Assembly: GCA_964016885.1 (NCBI GenBank)
Contig: OZ024762.1
Location: 2,356,001-2,420,000, forward strand
Length of the DNA stretch: 64,000 nt
From: Eledone cirrhosa
Taxonomy: Eukaryota
Reading direction: 5' to 3'
A model generated the notes under the pieces. That model made no database searches, was not told where the DNA came from, and saw only the letters and a list, made by a program, of their open reading frames with translations. The position numbers and the translations under genes are program-made. Of the stretch, positions 39,703 through 51,877 are shown piece after piece (the first letter of the stretch is position 1; each line of letters opens with the position of its first letter).

Positions 39703-40310
39703 TTGAACTCTTTTCCAACAGTTCATAACTTCAAAGTTATGAACTCATTTCCAACAGTCCATAACTTCAAAGTTATGAACTCATTTCCAACAGTCCATAA
39801 CTTCAAAGTTATGAATTCGTTTCCAACAGTCCATAACTTCAAAGTTATGAATTCGTTTCCAACAGTCCATAACTTCAAAGTTATGAATTCGTTTCCAACA
39901 GTTCATAACTTCAAAGTTATGAATTCGTTTCCAACAGTTCATAACTTCAAAGTTATGAATTCGTTTCCAACAGTTCATAACTTCAAAGTTATGAATTCGT
40001 TTCCAACAGTCCATAACTTCAAAGTTATGAATTCGTTTCCAACAGTTCATAACTTCAAAGTTATGAACTCATTTCCAACAGTCCATAATTTCAAAGTTAT
40101 GAATTCGTTTCCAACAGTTCATAACTTCAAAGTTATGAATTCGTTTCCAACAGTTCATAACTTCAAAGTTATGAATTCGTTTCCAACAGTTCATAACTTT
40201 AAAGTTATGAATTCGTTTCCAACAGTCCATAACTTCAAAGTTATCAACTCGTTTCCAACAGTTCATAACTTCAAAGTTATCAACTCGTTTCCAACAGTTC
40301 ATAACTTTAA
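39703..40310. repeat. 36-bp minisatellite, about 17 copies, internally palindromic
   Basis: Unit ttcataacttcaaagttatgaattcgtttccaacag. Confidence 0.95.
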
Positions 40311-40437
40311 ACTAGATGGGGTTACTAGTTTATTGATGCGACGTTTGTCAATCAAAATAGTCATTTTACTGACAAAAAACCCAGCACAGCAACTGTAACT
40401 GTGTAAAATATACGTGACAGTCAACAGGTTAAATGAA

Positions 40438-40546
40438 TCAGTAGACAATTTTCCGTTGAACTTCCATGACCAGCTGTAAGGCAGTGTTTGAGAGTGGGCA
40501 GTGAGTAGAGAGTCTTTGTTTAAGTAGAGGTGCTTGAACCAAGTAT
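40438..40546 (-). CDS. C12orf56: C12orf56-like protein, terminal exon
   Basis: Acceptor ttgtcttttacag|A; KYLVQAPLLKQRLSTHCPLSNTALQLVMEVQRKIVY* (cf. RYFIHMPALQKRLPLCYPITQPTIQLFHEV); TGA at 40440-40438. Confidence 0.85.
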
Positions 40547-41319
40547 CTGTAAAAGACAAGAAACTGGTTCAAAACATGAACATGGCAGAACATCTTAGAA
40601 AATAGTGCAAAACGACAAACAGTTTAACCATTTTGATACCAAACTACCTGAAACCATGAAACCGGCCTTAGTTCTATGGTAGAAAGTTGTATAAATTTAT
40701 CTAAAAACCCTCCATCATAATTGTTTGTAAGAATGTTAAGTTCCAAACACAAAAGTAATATAAAAGCTAGTTATATTATTAATTGTTTCTACTTTCGGCA
40801 CAAGGCCACAATATACCCAATGTATTACTGGTACTTTATTTTATCGACCCCGTAAAGATGAAAGGCAAAGTTAACCTTGGCAGGATTTGATAGTTATATT
40901 ATTAATGGTGAATTGACAGTAATTGGTAGAGCATCAGACAACCAGCTTTGCGGCATGGAGTTATGGCCCTTTACGTTCTGAATTCAGATCCCGCCGAGGT
41001 TAGCTTTGCCTTTCGTCCTTACGGAGTCGATAAAATAAAGTACCAGTAATACACTGGGGTAATTGCTGGCCTTGTGCCAAGAGTAGAAACAATTATTAAA
41101 TCCCTCCAAATTCTCCACTACCCCCTTGTCAAACACCAGGGAAGGGAACCTGGTAAAAAAACAGCAAAACAACAAAAGCACATTTTAAAAATTATATATA
41201 TATGTATATATATATACACCCAGTACACTCTGTAAAGTGCTGGTGTCACAATAAAATACACCCAGTACACTCTGTGGAAAAACAGACATAATATATATAT
41301 ACATATACTTATGTATACT

Positions 41320-41355
<36 letters not shown>

Positions 41356-42023
41356 AATGAATACTTATACATACCCTGATCTCTCACAAAGGGACTGCCC
41401 GTCCTGCCCATGCTAGCATGGAAAATGGATGTTAAACGATGGTGATTATATATACATACATACATGTGTATATATATATACATACATACATGTGTATATA
41501 TATATATGGCTAACAACATTGTGCTTTCTCTTCTTGTCTCTTTACTTTCCAATGAAGGACTATCATCCGAAACATTGAACATCTTTCTCCAACTGTACCA
41601 AATGTTTAAACTATTATATTGTATTGTTCTTTCTCTCATATTGTTTCTCCTTGTTGACTTTTATTGTTGGCTTTCCTTCGAATGAAACAGTTCTAGTCCT
41701 GTAGAAGCCATTTCTATATTAAATATTTATACTCTGATATGTATTGAGTACCTTACTTACTGTGGTTACCCCCGATTGGACCCGGGACACGCACACACAT
41801 ATGTGCGTGTGTGTATATTATACACACAGACATATATCACACACACACACACATATATACATATATATTTACACACACACACACACACACATATATATAT
41901 GTATATATCGGTCTCTAATTGATAAAATAAACAAAGTATTAAAAATTACAAAAATATACAAAAATATGCAGCATTTTGTCAAATTCTGTTTCGGTGAGAG
42001 GTGAAAGGTCAGAGTAAACTTAC

Positions 42024-42232
42024 TTAAACTCTGTCAGATAGTTCGTGTGTATGTGTTCGGCCAGCTGTGGACTATTGTCCAGAATAATGGCCAAAATATA
42101 GCAACGCTGGTAGAGTTGTAAGACATGTAGCGATGACATACAACTGACCTCTGGTGTGTTGGTCATACTGGACAATGGAGGATGTGGTTTGGTCACTTCT
42201 AACACTTCACTCACCAATTGGTAGATCATAGC
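42024..42232 (-). CDS. C12orf56: C12orf56-like protein, exon 10
   Basis: Acceptor cctaattccag|GCT; LQLYQRCYILAIILDNSPQLAEHIHTNYLTEF (cf. LLYQQFYILKSCLRHSRTLAEYIRNNYREEF); donor AA|GTAAGT. Confidence 0.88.
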
Positions 42233-42253
42233 CTGGAATTAGGACAAGCATGA

Positions 42254-42560
42254 AATGGTCAGTTTGGTATGGAAACACCCTGGATGTTGGTAACAGTCAG
42301 TTGTAATGGTCAGTTTGGTATGGAAACACCCTGGATGTTGGTAACAGTCAGTTGTAATGGTCAGTTTGGTATGGAAACACCCTGGATGTTGGTAACAGTC
42401 AGTTGTAATGGTCAGTTTGGTATGGAAACACCCTGGATGTTGGTAACAGTCAGTTGTAATGGTCAGTTTGGTATGGAAACACCCTGGATGTTGGTAACAG
42501 TCAGTTGTAAAGGTTAGTTTGGTATGGAAACACCCTGGATGTTGGTAACAGTCAGTTTGG
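42254..42560. repeat. 51-bp minisatellite, 6 copies
   Basis: Unit ggtcagtttggtatggaaacaccctggatgttggtaacagtcagttgtaat. Confidence 0.95.
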
Positions 42561-42886
42561 CATAACAGTGACACCTTGGGTAGTAACAGTGGCCAGTTTG
42601 GCATAATAGAGATGCTTTAGGTACTGGATGCCATGTTGATAAATTTTGCTGTTTTGGGTGACATTAAGTGAGCCACATTATCAACCAACCACTCATTGAG
42701 CCAACCAACCAACCAACAACTTACACCAATACCAACCAACCATCCACTAACTTACCTCAGCACCAATACCTTCCACAATACCAACCAACCAACTGGTACA
42801 AATGTCTTCAGAATTTCCATTTAATTTCTACAGGAGAAAAAATTGACAAACATAAGACATGATGGTGCTTGAAAAATGCATTATAC

Positions 42887-42927
<41 letters not shown>

Positions 42928-43017
42928 GATATCCACGGTAAGTTGTTTTTGACAACAGCTGGTGATATACATGTAAGTAAATATTTTCCTTATCTGATAT
43001 TTTGTAACTAACCTTAC

Positions 43018-43059
43018 ATAGATCGATAACGAAGTATGGTTACGATGTATTATCATCAC
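43018..43059 (-). CDS. C12orf56-like protein, candidate small exon 9 (boundaries uncertain)
   Basis: Acceptor attgtctctag|GTG and donor TAT|GTAAGG give a phase 0-0 42-nt exon (VMIIHRNHTSLSIY) where homologues have a short segment; sequence similarity is not evident. Confidence 0.35.
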
Positions 43060-43127
43060 CTAGAGACAATCGTAAAGCAGTGAAGTATATTTCTAATGAC
43101 TTGAATTTTTATTTCATTGTTTTAACT

Positions 43128-43158
<31 letters not shown>

Positions 43159-43315
43159 GTTATATTTAATTTGTTGGGATACAACAAGCAAATATTTTTA
43201 TAACTGATATAAAGCACTCAACAAATTTTTGGAGTAAAAATACAATATATTAACAAATGGAAACTATATTTATAAAACCATATTTATTTCATTATACATA
43301 TTTCAAGGACACCAA

Positions 43316-43348
<33 letters not shown>

Positions 43349-43406
43349 TTACACACACATTATTTCACAATGACATTGATGCTGATGATAATAAAGATAT
43401 GTTTAC

Positions 43407-43487
43407 CTGTTGGAGACAGAGAAACAATTCATAAACAACACCAGTTACTAGTTGAGTCATCTCAGGTGAGGTCAATGATTTCACACA
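43407..43487 (-). CDS. C12orf56: C12orf56-like protein, exon 8
   Basis: Acceptor ttattgttccag|TGT; EMTQLVTGVVYELFLCLQQ (cf. EYTNTATALLYEILLVFQQ); donor CAG|GTAAAC. Confidence 0.82.
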
Positions 43488-43885
43488 CTGGAACAATAAC
43501 AAAGGTTATATTTATGAGAAATATCCAATGTAGGGTGGTGGGGTATGGAGAGGGGGGTGTCTTTGCCTGGAAAGTTCATAGGCCGACTATGAAGAAGGAA
43601 CTTTGAAGAGTGAACTTTGCTAAAGGCACCCAAAGGAAGGAGCAAGGGTCCCTCAAACAAGATACCTGCTACAAATGCTTGCAACAGTGTAAACTTTGCT
43701 AAAGGCACCCAAATGCCAAGTTGTGGTGTGAAACTGAGTGACTGATTAAATCAATCCAAGGCTGGTGCTACCATTAATGCCACCTAGGGAGTGACCCAGG
43801 AGACAGACCTCAGAGAGGGGCATTACTGAACCTTAAGGGTCACAGTTTTATGGGCCTGACCACTGGATATTAAGGTGTGACTTAC

Positions 43886-43970
43886 CTGTGATTGGTTCTT
43901 CCTGTTTATAGGAGTTTGTTGATTGGATAACAAACAAACAAGGAGCTGTATTAATTTAAAACTACTTTCC
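43886..43970 (-). CDS. C12orf56: C12orf56-like protein, exon 7
   Basis: Acceptor tatttttccgcag|G; RESSFKLIQLLVCLLSNQQTP; donor CAG|GTAAGT; phase consistent. Confidence 0.8.
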
Positions 43971-43988
43971 CTGCGGAAAAATATGAGT

Positions 43989-44678
43989 AAATATAGTTAG
44001 ACAGGGACTAATACACAGGAAATATAGTTAGACAGGGGCTAATACACAGGAAATATAGTTAGACAGGGGCTAATACACAGGAAATATAGTTAGACAGATG
44101 ATAATACACAGGAAATATAGTTAGACAGGGACTAATACACAGGAAATATAGTTAGACAGGGGCTAATACACAGGAAAGATAGTTAGACAGGGACTAATAC
44201 ACAGGAAATATAGTTAGACAGGGGCTAATACACAGGAAATATAGTTAGACAGGGACTAATACACAGGAAACATAGTTAGACAGGGACTAATACACAGGAA
44301 ATATAGTTAGACAGGGGCTAATACACAGGAAAGATAGTTAGACAGTGGCTAATACACAGGAAAGATAGTTAGACAGTGGCTAATACACAGGAAAGATAGT
44401 TAGACAGATGATAATACACAGGAAACATAGTTAGACAGTGGCTAATACACAGGAAATATAGTTAGACAGATGATAATACACAGGAAACATAGTTAGACAG
44501 GGACTAATACACAGGAAACATAGTTAGACAGTGGCTAATACACAGGAAATATAGTTAGACAGTGACTAATACACAGGAAATATAGTTAGACAGTGGCTAA
44601 TACACAGGAAATATAGTTAGACAGATGATAATACACAGGAAAGATAGTTAGACTGGCTAATACACAGGAAATATAGTT
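43989..44678. repeat. 31-bp minisatellite, about 22 copies
   Basis: Unit aatacacaggaaatatagttagacagggact with a few variant types. Confidence 0.95.
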
Positions 44679-44774
44679 CACACCATACAGCTATGGCCAT
44701 GCTGGGGCACCACCACACCATATAGCTATGGCCATGCTGCAGCACCACCACAACAACATAGAAAGACAACTTAC

Positions 44775-44864
44775 CTGGCAGAGTTCAGTGTTGAGATTCG
44801 GGAAGACAAGACTTCAGTTTCTCGAAACATAACTTTGACAATTTCTAGAATTCCACAGAGAAGA
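44775..44864 (-). CDS. C12orf56: C12orf56-like protein, exon 6
   Basis: Acceptor tattccag|T; LLCGILEIVKVMFRETEVLSSRISTL (cf. LVLMFRETETESSRLNTL); donor AG|GTAAGT. Confidence 0.85.
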
Positions 44865-44964
44865 CTGGAATATTGGAAATATGGCGCCTTCGTTAGTGTC
44901 ATCTCTAACATCATCATCATCATCATCATAATCCTTAACAGTCACCATCATCATAAACAACATT

Positions 44965-45345
44965 GTCACCACCACCACCACCACCACTACCACCACCACC
45001 ACCACCACCACTACCACTACCACCACTACCACTACCACTACCACCACCACCACCACTACCACTACCACCACCACCACCACTACCACCACCACTACCACCA
45101 CCACCACTACCACCACCACTACCACCACCACTACCACCACCACTACCACCACCACTACTACCACCACTACTACCACCACCACCACTACCACCACTACCAC
45201 CACCACTACCACCACTACCACCACCACCACCACTACTACCACCACCACTACTACCACCACCACTACTACCACCACCACTACCACCACCACTACTACCCCC
45301 CCCCCCCTCACTACCCCCCCCCCCCCCCGCCACTACCCCCCATCA
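44965..45345. repeat. (CAC/TAC)n trinucleotide tract in an intron
   Basis: Direct inspection; similar tracts at 53590-54130 (GGT), 62040-62300 (GGT), 63020-63220 (CAA/CAG) and 63665-64000 (GGT/GCG). Confidence 0.97.
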
Positions 45346-45417
45346 CCCCAAGGGGGGAGAAATAAAACAACAATAACAGCACCCCCACCCCCAATCCCAA
45401 ACAAAAATAATATCTAC

Positions 45418-45666
45418 CTGAGTTTGTAAGAGGGTCGTTTGCTGTCACAACTGGTTCCACTCGAGAGAAAGACAGGAACTTCTTCACAAAGGACGTCGAC
45501 TAAAAACCTGAACAGTTCCGCGTCTTTCCAGAAGAGCTTCTTTATTGCAAAACAGGTGAGGGCAGAAGTGTGTAACCTCGAAGTAAACTGAAGCAGCAGG
45601 GTGGGGTTGTGCTTCACACTCAGTATGTCTTGTTTTAATCGGCTGAACAGGAGCTCTGGTTGTTCA
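45418..45666 (-). CDS. C12orf56: C12orf56-like protein, exon 5
   Basis: Acceptor ctttactctag|T; SEQPELLFSRLKQDIL...FAIKKLFWKDAELFRFLV (cf. HFSQLKSEL...FILKRLFWKTSDLFYFIV); donor AG|GTAGA. Confidence 0.85.
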
Positions 45667-45914
45667 CTAGAGTAAAGGTAGGGAGAGTGAGATGGTGGTG
45701 ATGGTGGTGATGGTGGTGTGGTGGTGTGGTGGTGGTGATGATGATGGTAGTGGTGGTGGTGGTGGTGGTGTGATGATGATGGTTGTAGTGGTGGTGGTGG
45801 TGGTGGTCATCGTATAGTGGTGGTGGTGGTACCATTCAACCAACCACTACCACCCCACCCACCACTACCACCACCACCACGACTAACAATGACAACAACA
45901 ACAGTACAACCTAC

Positions 45915-46021
45915 CTTAGACTAAAGCTGTCCTCTGTCACCAGATCTTTCCACCGTCCATCTGACATCTGTTCAGTAGCCATATAGGTTCCCCCTCCATT
46001 GGACATCTGTTCTGTAGTTCT
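45915..46021 (-). CDS. C12orf56: C12orf56-like protein, exon 4
   Basis: Acceptor ttgttgtaacag|AGA; open frame RTTEQMSNGG...EDSFSL; donor AG|GTAGG; phases 0 to 2 bridge exons 3 and 5. Confidence 0.7.
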
Positions 46022-46141
46022 CTGTTACAACAACAACAATAAAGAGTTCTAATTTAGGAGAATACGAGGCGGACAAAGATCCCATAACCCCTTGTAGAGT
46101 TCTAGAGGCCCCGTCATATGGTGTGTCAAGGGCACATTTAA

Positions 46142-46883
46142 CCCTTTAGCATTTAAACCAGCTGTATCCGGCCAGAGTTCTCTCACCTCTTCCTATTCAA
46201 ACTGGCCATAACTGGCTGCTCATACTTATGTTAAGGTATTGTTCTCAAAATATATATCAATCACCCCTTTCGATGTAAAGTTATGTTGGTACCACAACAT
46301 CCAGTCCGAAACAAATGAGGTCGTGTAGGTGTCACGACAAAAAAACACACAGTCTACGCTGTAATGTGGCCGTGTAGGTAACACGGTAAAAACCTCCCAG
46401 TCCACACTGTAAACGTGGTTGGTGTTAGGAAGGGCATCCAGCCGTAGAAAACCCGCCAGACAGTCCTATACGAGCGAGACAACCAATCTTGCCTCAAGTG
46501 GGACAATTCCCGTCTAAACCCATGCTAGCGTGGAGGATGGACGTTAAACGATGATGATGATGATGATGATCTCATAGATTCAATATTATGTGAGATAATA
46601 TGTGAGGTAAAGCCTTTAACCATGACAATACAATAGTATATATAGAGTAATGTAAATGTTATGTGAGATATTATGTGAGGTAAAGCCTTTAACCATGACA
46701 ATACAATAGTATATATAGAGTAATGTAAATGTTATGTGAGATATTATGTGAGGTAAAGCCTTTACTCTGAAAATACAATAGTATATATAGAGTAATGTAA
46801 ATGTTATGTGAGATATTATGTGAGGTAAAGCCTTTACTGTGAAAATACAATAGTATATATAGAGTAATGTAAATGTTAAAGGG
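46142..46883 (-). mobile_element. piggyBac-type MITE with internal 69-bp tandem repeat (SINE-like insertion at about 46265-46570)
   Basis: TTAA-CCCTTTAGCATTT ... AAATGTTAAAGGG-TTAA: TTAA flanks and CCC/GGG-ended 13-bp TIRs. Confidence 0.8.
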
Positions 46884-47001
46884 TTAAACCTGGCAGAGCC
46901 CAACAACCCTCTCCAGGTCTGAACACAGCTGATTTTTTTTCTATAGTGGAAGAACCGACCCCGGTACTGGACTGGTATCTTTTTTCAAAGAACCTCAAAA
47001 G

Positions 47002-47925
47002 GATGAAATTGTTGTTGTATCAATCTGGTACTTGGACCCTGACACAAGTACTTGAGAAGAAATTAGATAGTGCAAACACTAAAATACTTAAGGTTGTACA
47101 AAACATAAACTGTTGAGCCAGCAGCAGATCCCTCTGTTGAGCAAGCAGCTGATACCTCTGTTGAGTCAGCAGTTGATCCCTCTGTTGAGCAAGCAGCTGA
47201 CACCTCTGTTGAGTCAGCAGTTGATCCCTCTGTTGAGCAAGCAGCTGATCCCTCTGTTGAGTCAGCAGTTGATCCCTCTGTTGAGTCAGCATCTGGTCCA
47301 TCTATTGAGCCAGCATCTGGTCCCTCTGTTGAGCCAGCAGCTGATCCCTCTGTTGAACCAGAAGCTGATCCCTCTATTGAGCCAGCATCTGGTCCCTCTA
47401 TTGAGCCAGCATCTGGTCCCTCTATTGAGCCAGCAGCTGATCCCTCTGTTGAGCCAGCAGCTGATCCCTCTATTGAGCCAGCATCTGGTCCCTCTATTGA
47501 GCCAGCATCTGGTCCCTCTATTGAGCCAGCAGCTGATCCCTCTGTTGAACCAGAAGCTGATCCCTCTATTGAGCCAGCATCTGGTCCCTCTATTGAGCCA
47601 GCAGCTGATCCCTCTGTTGAGCCAGCAGCTGATCCCTCTGTTGAGCCAGCAGCTGATCCCTCTGTTGAACCAGAAGCTGATCCCTCTATTGAGCCAGCTG
47701 GGGGCAGTCAGTCTCTCTACATTCATCAACCTCTCATCATTGCATTTCTAGGCCTCTTTTGAGTGCATCAGTATCATTTCAAGTACACTTCTTCCCTGAC
47801 AACTTCCTGGTTATCACTGACACATTGCTGCTTTGTGATCATATGAGGACATAAACTAGAGTCCCTAACCCTATCCCTGACCCTGATCTGCCGAATATGA
47901 TTGAAAATAGAATTGGATAGTGACA
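47002..47925 (+). mobile_element. Old LINE ORF2 C-terminal fragment interrupted by a 24-bp minisatellite (47112-47699)
   Basis: LLYQSGTWTLTQVLEKKLDSANTKILKVVQNIN resembles the LLYGxETWTLT..E.RLD....MLR..LNI motif; degenerate continuation (DLPNMIENRIG) after the array. Confidence 0.55.
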
Positions 47926-48792
47926 GAGAGTCACAAGAATCAGTGGAAGCAGTGCCACCTATTGACTGGTCGGTCACTCTGTATTGAGGAACGCCTCATG
48001 TCCTTGATTATCACATCACAAGTAACAGACAAAACACAACACCAACTTCACCACATGATCTAAACCAGCTAATGAGAACAAGCCTTACTTATTATCCAAT
48101 GATAATCAGTCTTATCTAGATGCTGCGACTAAGTAAACATCTGGATGATCTGGGCAACCCTTTAGCATCTGAGAAACGATAAACCTTTCCTAACCAAACC
48201 AACTGAAACAGGCCCTGGTTCTGTAATGTGTTCTTTCCTATTTATCTAAAAACCTTCCAACATAATTTTATGTAAGAAGCTTTGTTAAGTTACGTTCCAA
48301 GCACCAGCTTATGATTCTATGATACAAAAGTGTTTATATTTATCTAAAAACCTCCAACATAATTTTATGTAAGAACCTTTGTTAAGTTACTATCCAAACA
48401 CCAGCTTCTGATACAAAAGTGTTTATATTTATCTAAAAACTTTCCATCACAATTTTATGTAATTTGGTGATGATGGTGGTGGTAGTGGTTGTGGTGGTGG
48501 TGATGATGGAGGTGGTAGGGGTTGTGGTGGTGGTGAGGATGATGGTGGTAGGGGTGGTGGTGATGGTGGTGGTAGGGGTGGTGATGGTGGTGGTAGGGGT
48601 TGTGGTGGTGGTGATAATGATGGTATTGGTGGTGGTGGTGGTGGTGGAAGTGGTAGTGGAGGTGTTTGTGGTGGTTGTAGTGGTAGATGATAATGATGAT
48701 GAGAAAAAGACAAGGAAGAAGCAAAGAGCATATATAGATATATATGTGTGTGTGTGTGTGTGTGGCTGTTATAAACAAAACTGTGTACTTAC

Positions 48793-48997
48793 AATCAAGA
48801 AATTATCCCAGGCATACCTGAGGTTGTCCAATATGGGGGAGTTCTGTTTCAGTAGATAGACATGGAGAATATACTCTTGTGCATCACGGGAAGACATCCA
48901 TGGCCCAGACTTGCTGCTGCTTAACAGGGTCGAACCACCCCCACCTGCTGTGGCTGCCTTTGTCTTTGGTTCGGCTGAGTCTCTTGCTTGTGGTAGG
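48793..48997 (-). CDS. C12orf56: C12orf56-like protein, exon 3
   Basis: Phase-2 acceptor ataaccag|C; LHVYLLKQNSPILDNLRYAWDNFLI (cf. LHLYVISTTSSIFLHLKSSWNNYII); phase-0 donor ATT|GTAAGT. Confidence 0.85.
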
Positions 48998-49051
48998 CTG
49001 GTTATTGTGAAGAGGGTGAGAGAGTAGAGGAAGATTTGAGGGGTTATTTGA

Positions 49052-50022
49052 CACATTACTCTATATATACTATTGTATTTTCACAGTAAAGGCTTTACCT
49101 CACATAATATCTCACATAACATTTACATTACTCTATATATACTATTGTATTATCACAGTAAAGGCTTTACCTTACATAATATCTCACATAACATTTACAT
49201 TACTCTATATATACTATTGTATTATCACAGTAAAGGCTTTACCTCACATAATATCACATAACATTTACATTACTCTATATATACTATTGTATTTTCACAG
49301 TAAAGGCTTTACCTCACATAATATCTCACATAACATTTACATTACTCTATATATACTATTGTATTTTCACAGTAAAGGCTTTACCTCACATAATATCTCA
49401 CATAACATTTACATTACTCTATATATACTATTGTATTTTCACAGTAAAGGCTTTACCTCACATAATATCTCACATAACATTTACATTACTCTATATATAC
49501 TATTGTCTTTTCACAGTAAAGGCTTTACCTCACATAATATCTCACATAACATTTACATTACTCTATATATACTATTGTCTTTTCACAGTAAAGGCTTTAC
49601 CTCACATAATATCTCACATAACATTTACATTACTCTATATATACTATTGTATTATCACAGTAAAGGCTTTACCTCACATAATATCACATAACATTTACAT
49701 TACTCTATATATACTATTGTATTTTCACAGTAAAGGCTTTACCTCACATAATATCTCACATAACATTTACATTACTCTATATATACTATTGTATTGTCAC
49801 AGTAAAGGCTATACCTCACATAATACCTCGCATAACATTTACATTACTCTATATATACTATTGTATTTACACAGTAAAGGCTTTACCTCACATAATATCG
49901 AATCTATGAGATTTTGATATTAGTTATTTTGAGAACAATACCTTAACATCAGTATGAGTGGCCAGTTTGAACAGAAAGAGGTAAGAGAATTCTAGCTGGA
50001 TACGCCCAGTTTAAATAAAGGG
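49052..50022 (+). mobile_element. piggyBac-type MITE, about 12 copies of the 69-bp unit
   Basis: Array followed by the MITE body ending TAAAGGG-TTGA. Confidence 0.72.
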
Positions 50023-50547
50023 TTGAAAATATATTTATACACGCAGACACACAGATCATCATCATTGTTCCATAAACCATGTCACTTCTCACACATGTAG
50101 CATACATATTTCTCCTCTACTGCTCTCCATTCACCCCCCCCTCCCCCCATGTCTCTTTCTCTCTCTCTCCCTCTCTCTCATATACCGTGCCACTTCTCAC
50201 ACATGTAGCATACATATTTCTCTTCTACTGCTCTCCATTCACCCCCTCCCCTGTCTCTCTCTCTCATATACCGTGCCACTTCTCACACATGTAGCACAAA
50301 TCATTCCCTTTCATTCTTTCCAGCTCTCTCTTCTGCTCCATGTTCAGCCTGTCACCCCCCTTTCCATGTCTCTCTCTCTCTCCTATAAATCATGGCACTT
50401 TTCCCACATGTAGCATACACCTTCTCCCTTCAATTTCGGCAACCCCCCCCCCCCTCCTCATCATTGGCAAACCACTCAATTTCTGGAACAAATACAACAA
50501 TAGAAAACAATGCAACAATAAGAAGAAAATATTTAGAATCTATTTAC

Positions 50548-51176
50548 CTTTTGTTCTTGTTATCGTCCATGTTTTGCTGAGTATCTGACATCATTTGTCT
50601 GCTTTGGGAAATTCTGTGTCGTTTGATATTTACCAAATTGTACCAAACTCTCCAGAACGGTCTCTGGATTCTCTGGATCAGGCTTGAATGGAACTTATAT
50701 TTATTGGTGGACAGTTCGTCACGGGTGCCACGAGACTCAGTGTGACTCCCTGTACCACTTCTCTCAAGAGTGTGTCGCAGGCTTGACGGCAACGACATTG
50801 ACGCAAGTGTGTTGTTTCCTGCAGCCTGATTCATGTTCACCTTGTACCTTGAGGACTGCAGTAAAGTCTCATCGAAGCTTGTCTTCCGAGCATTCGGGGT
50901 TCTCTGATGTTGCTGCGCTTCAATAGTTTTTTTCACATCGTACGACGCTCTCGGAGATTGTGCTTCCATAGTCTTCCGATCACTGGAGGCCCCTCTCGGA
51001 CGTTGCTGTTGTGTCCTCGCAAACAAGCTGTTTCGGAACATGCTGTTCTGGCTCTGACGGACATCCACGCCGACTCCATCTGGTGTCTTCTTCTGGAACT
51101 TCCTGTGGTAGGTGAGGACAATGTGCAGAGTTTGCTCCCTTTCCAAACCTTGGAGGAAATTTGGTAAGTCGTGGAC
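50548..51176 (-). CDS. C12orf56: C12orf56-like protein, exon 2
   Basis: Acceptor ctctactacag|GTC; VHDLPNFLQGLEREQTLHIVLTY (cf. IDDYPEFLSSPDREISQHIRIIY), then a divergent low-complexity region; phase-2 donor AG|GTAAAT. Confidence 0.85.
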
Positions 51177-51304
51177 CTGTAGTAGAGTGGAAGGGGGGGG
51201 GGGGAACAGAGAAAAGAGAGGAATAAGTATGTCTGTAACGTTATATATATACACATACATACATACATACATACATACATACATACATACGTACATACGT
51301 ACAC

Positions 51305-51826
51305 ATAGATGATGGCTGCAAACTTTGCCAAGAGTATTGCAATCACTTGTCAGATTCAGATGTGGGACGCTCAGATATGGCTTTTCAAGCCTGCTAGAGA
51401 CTTGCGCTCCTTCACACACAGACGACAACTATGGATCTCCCTGGTCTCAGGTTGTTGCCTGTGGACCTTCACAGCACCGTGGAGATCATAGTTCACTGGT
51501 TCTCTTTGAACATGGCTGCGACTGTGGCTCCCGAGACCAGTTTTGCTCAAGTACATCTTTCCACACTCAGGGCACACCAATTCAATGGAGACACTGAGCA
51601 TTTCGAGAGATACACCGGGGCATTGCTTACACACATCCCATTTGATCTTCTCGTGCTTTATGCGTCTGTTCTCAAAATTATGGACCCCATCATTCACCAT
51701 TCCCCGCCAAGTTTCTCTTTCAAGAGCTTCTATCTCCCACTCAGTCATCAACAAACCAGTTTTTTTCACAATCCTTGAATCGGAGCCTTGGCTTGTGAGG
51801 TGGTCTCTTACCCTCACAAAGCTCGC
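51305..51826 (-). mobile_element. RTE-type LINE 3' end with C2H2-like zinc fingers
   Basis: WEIEALERETWRGMV..F E RR..CPECGKMYLSKTGLGSHSRSH and a second degenerate finger; tail gcagccatcat shared with short copies near 16770-16805, 51905-51935 and 52405-52437. Confidence 0.7.
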
Positions 51827-51843
51827 CATACATACACATATAC

Positions 51844-51877
<34 letters not shown>

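Noticed and set aside
39703-40310. CRISPR-like 36-bp palindromic repeats
   Set aside because: Units are contiguous with no unique spacers, there are no cas genes, and the context is eukaryotic.
44814-45376. Poly-Val, poly-His, poly-Pro and Gly-Ser ORFs (similar at 62022-62504 and 62887-63244)
   Set aside because: Trinucleotide repeats inside introns, open in most frames.
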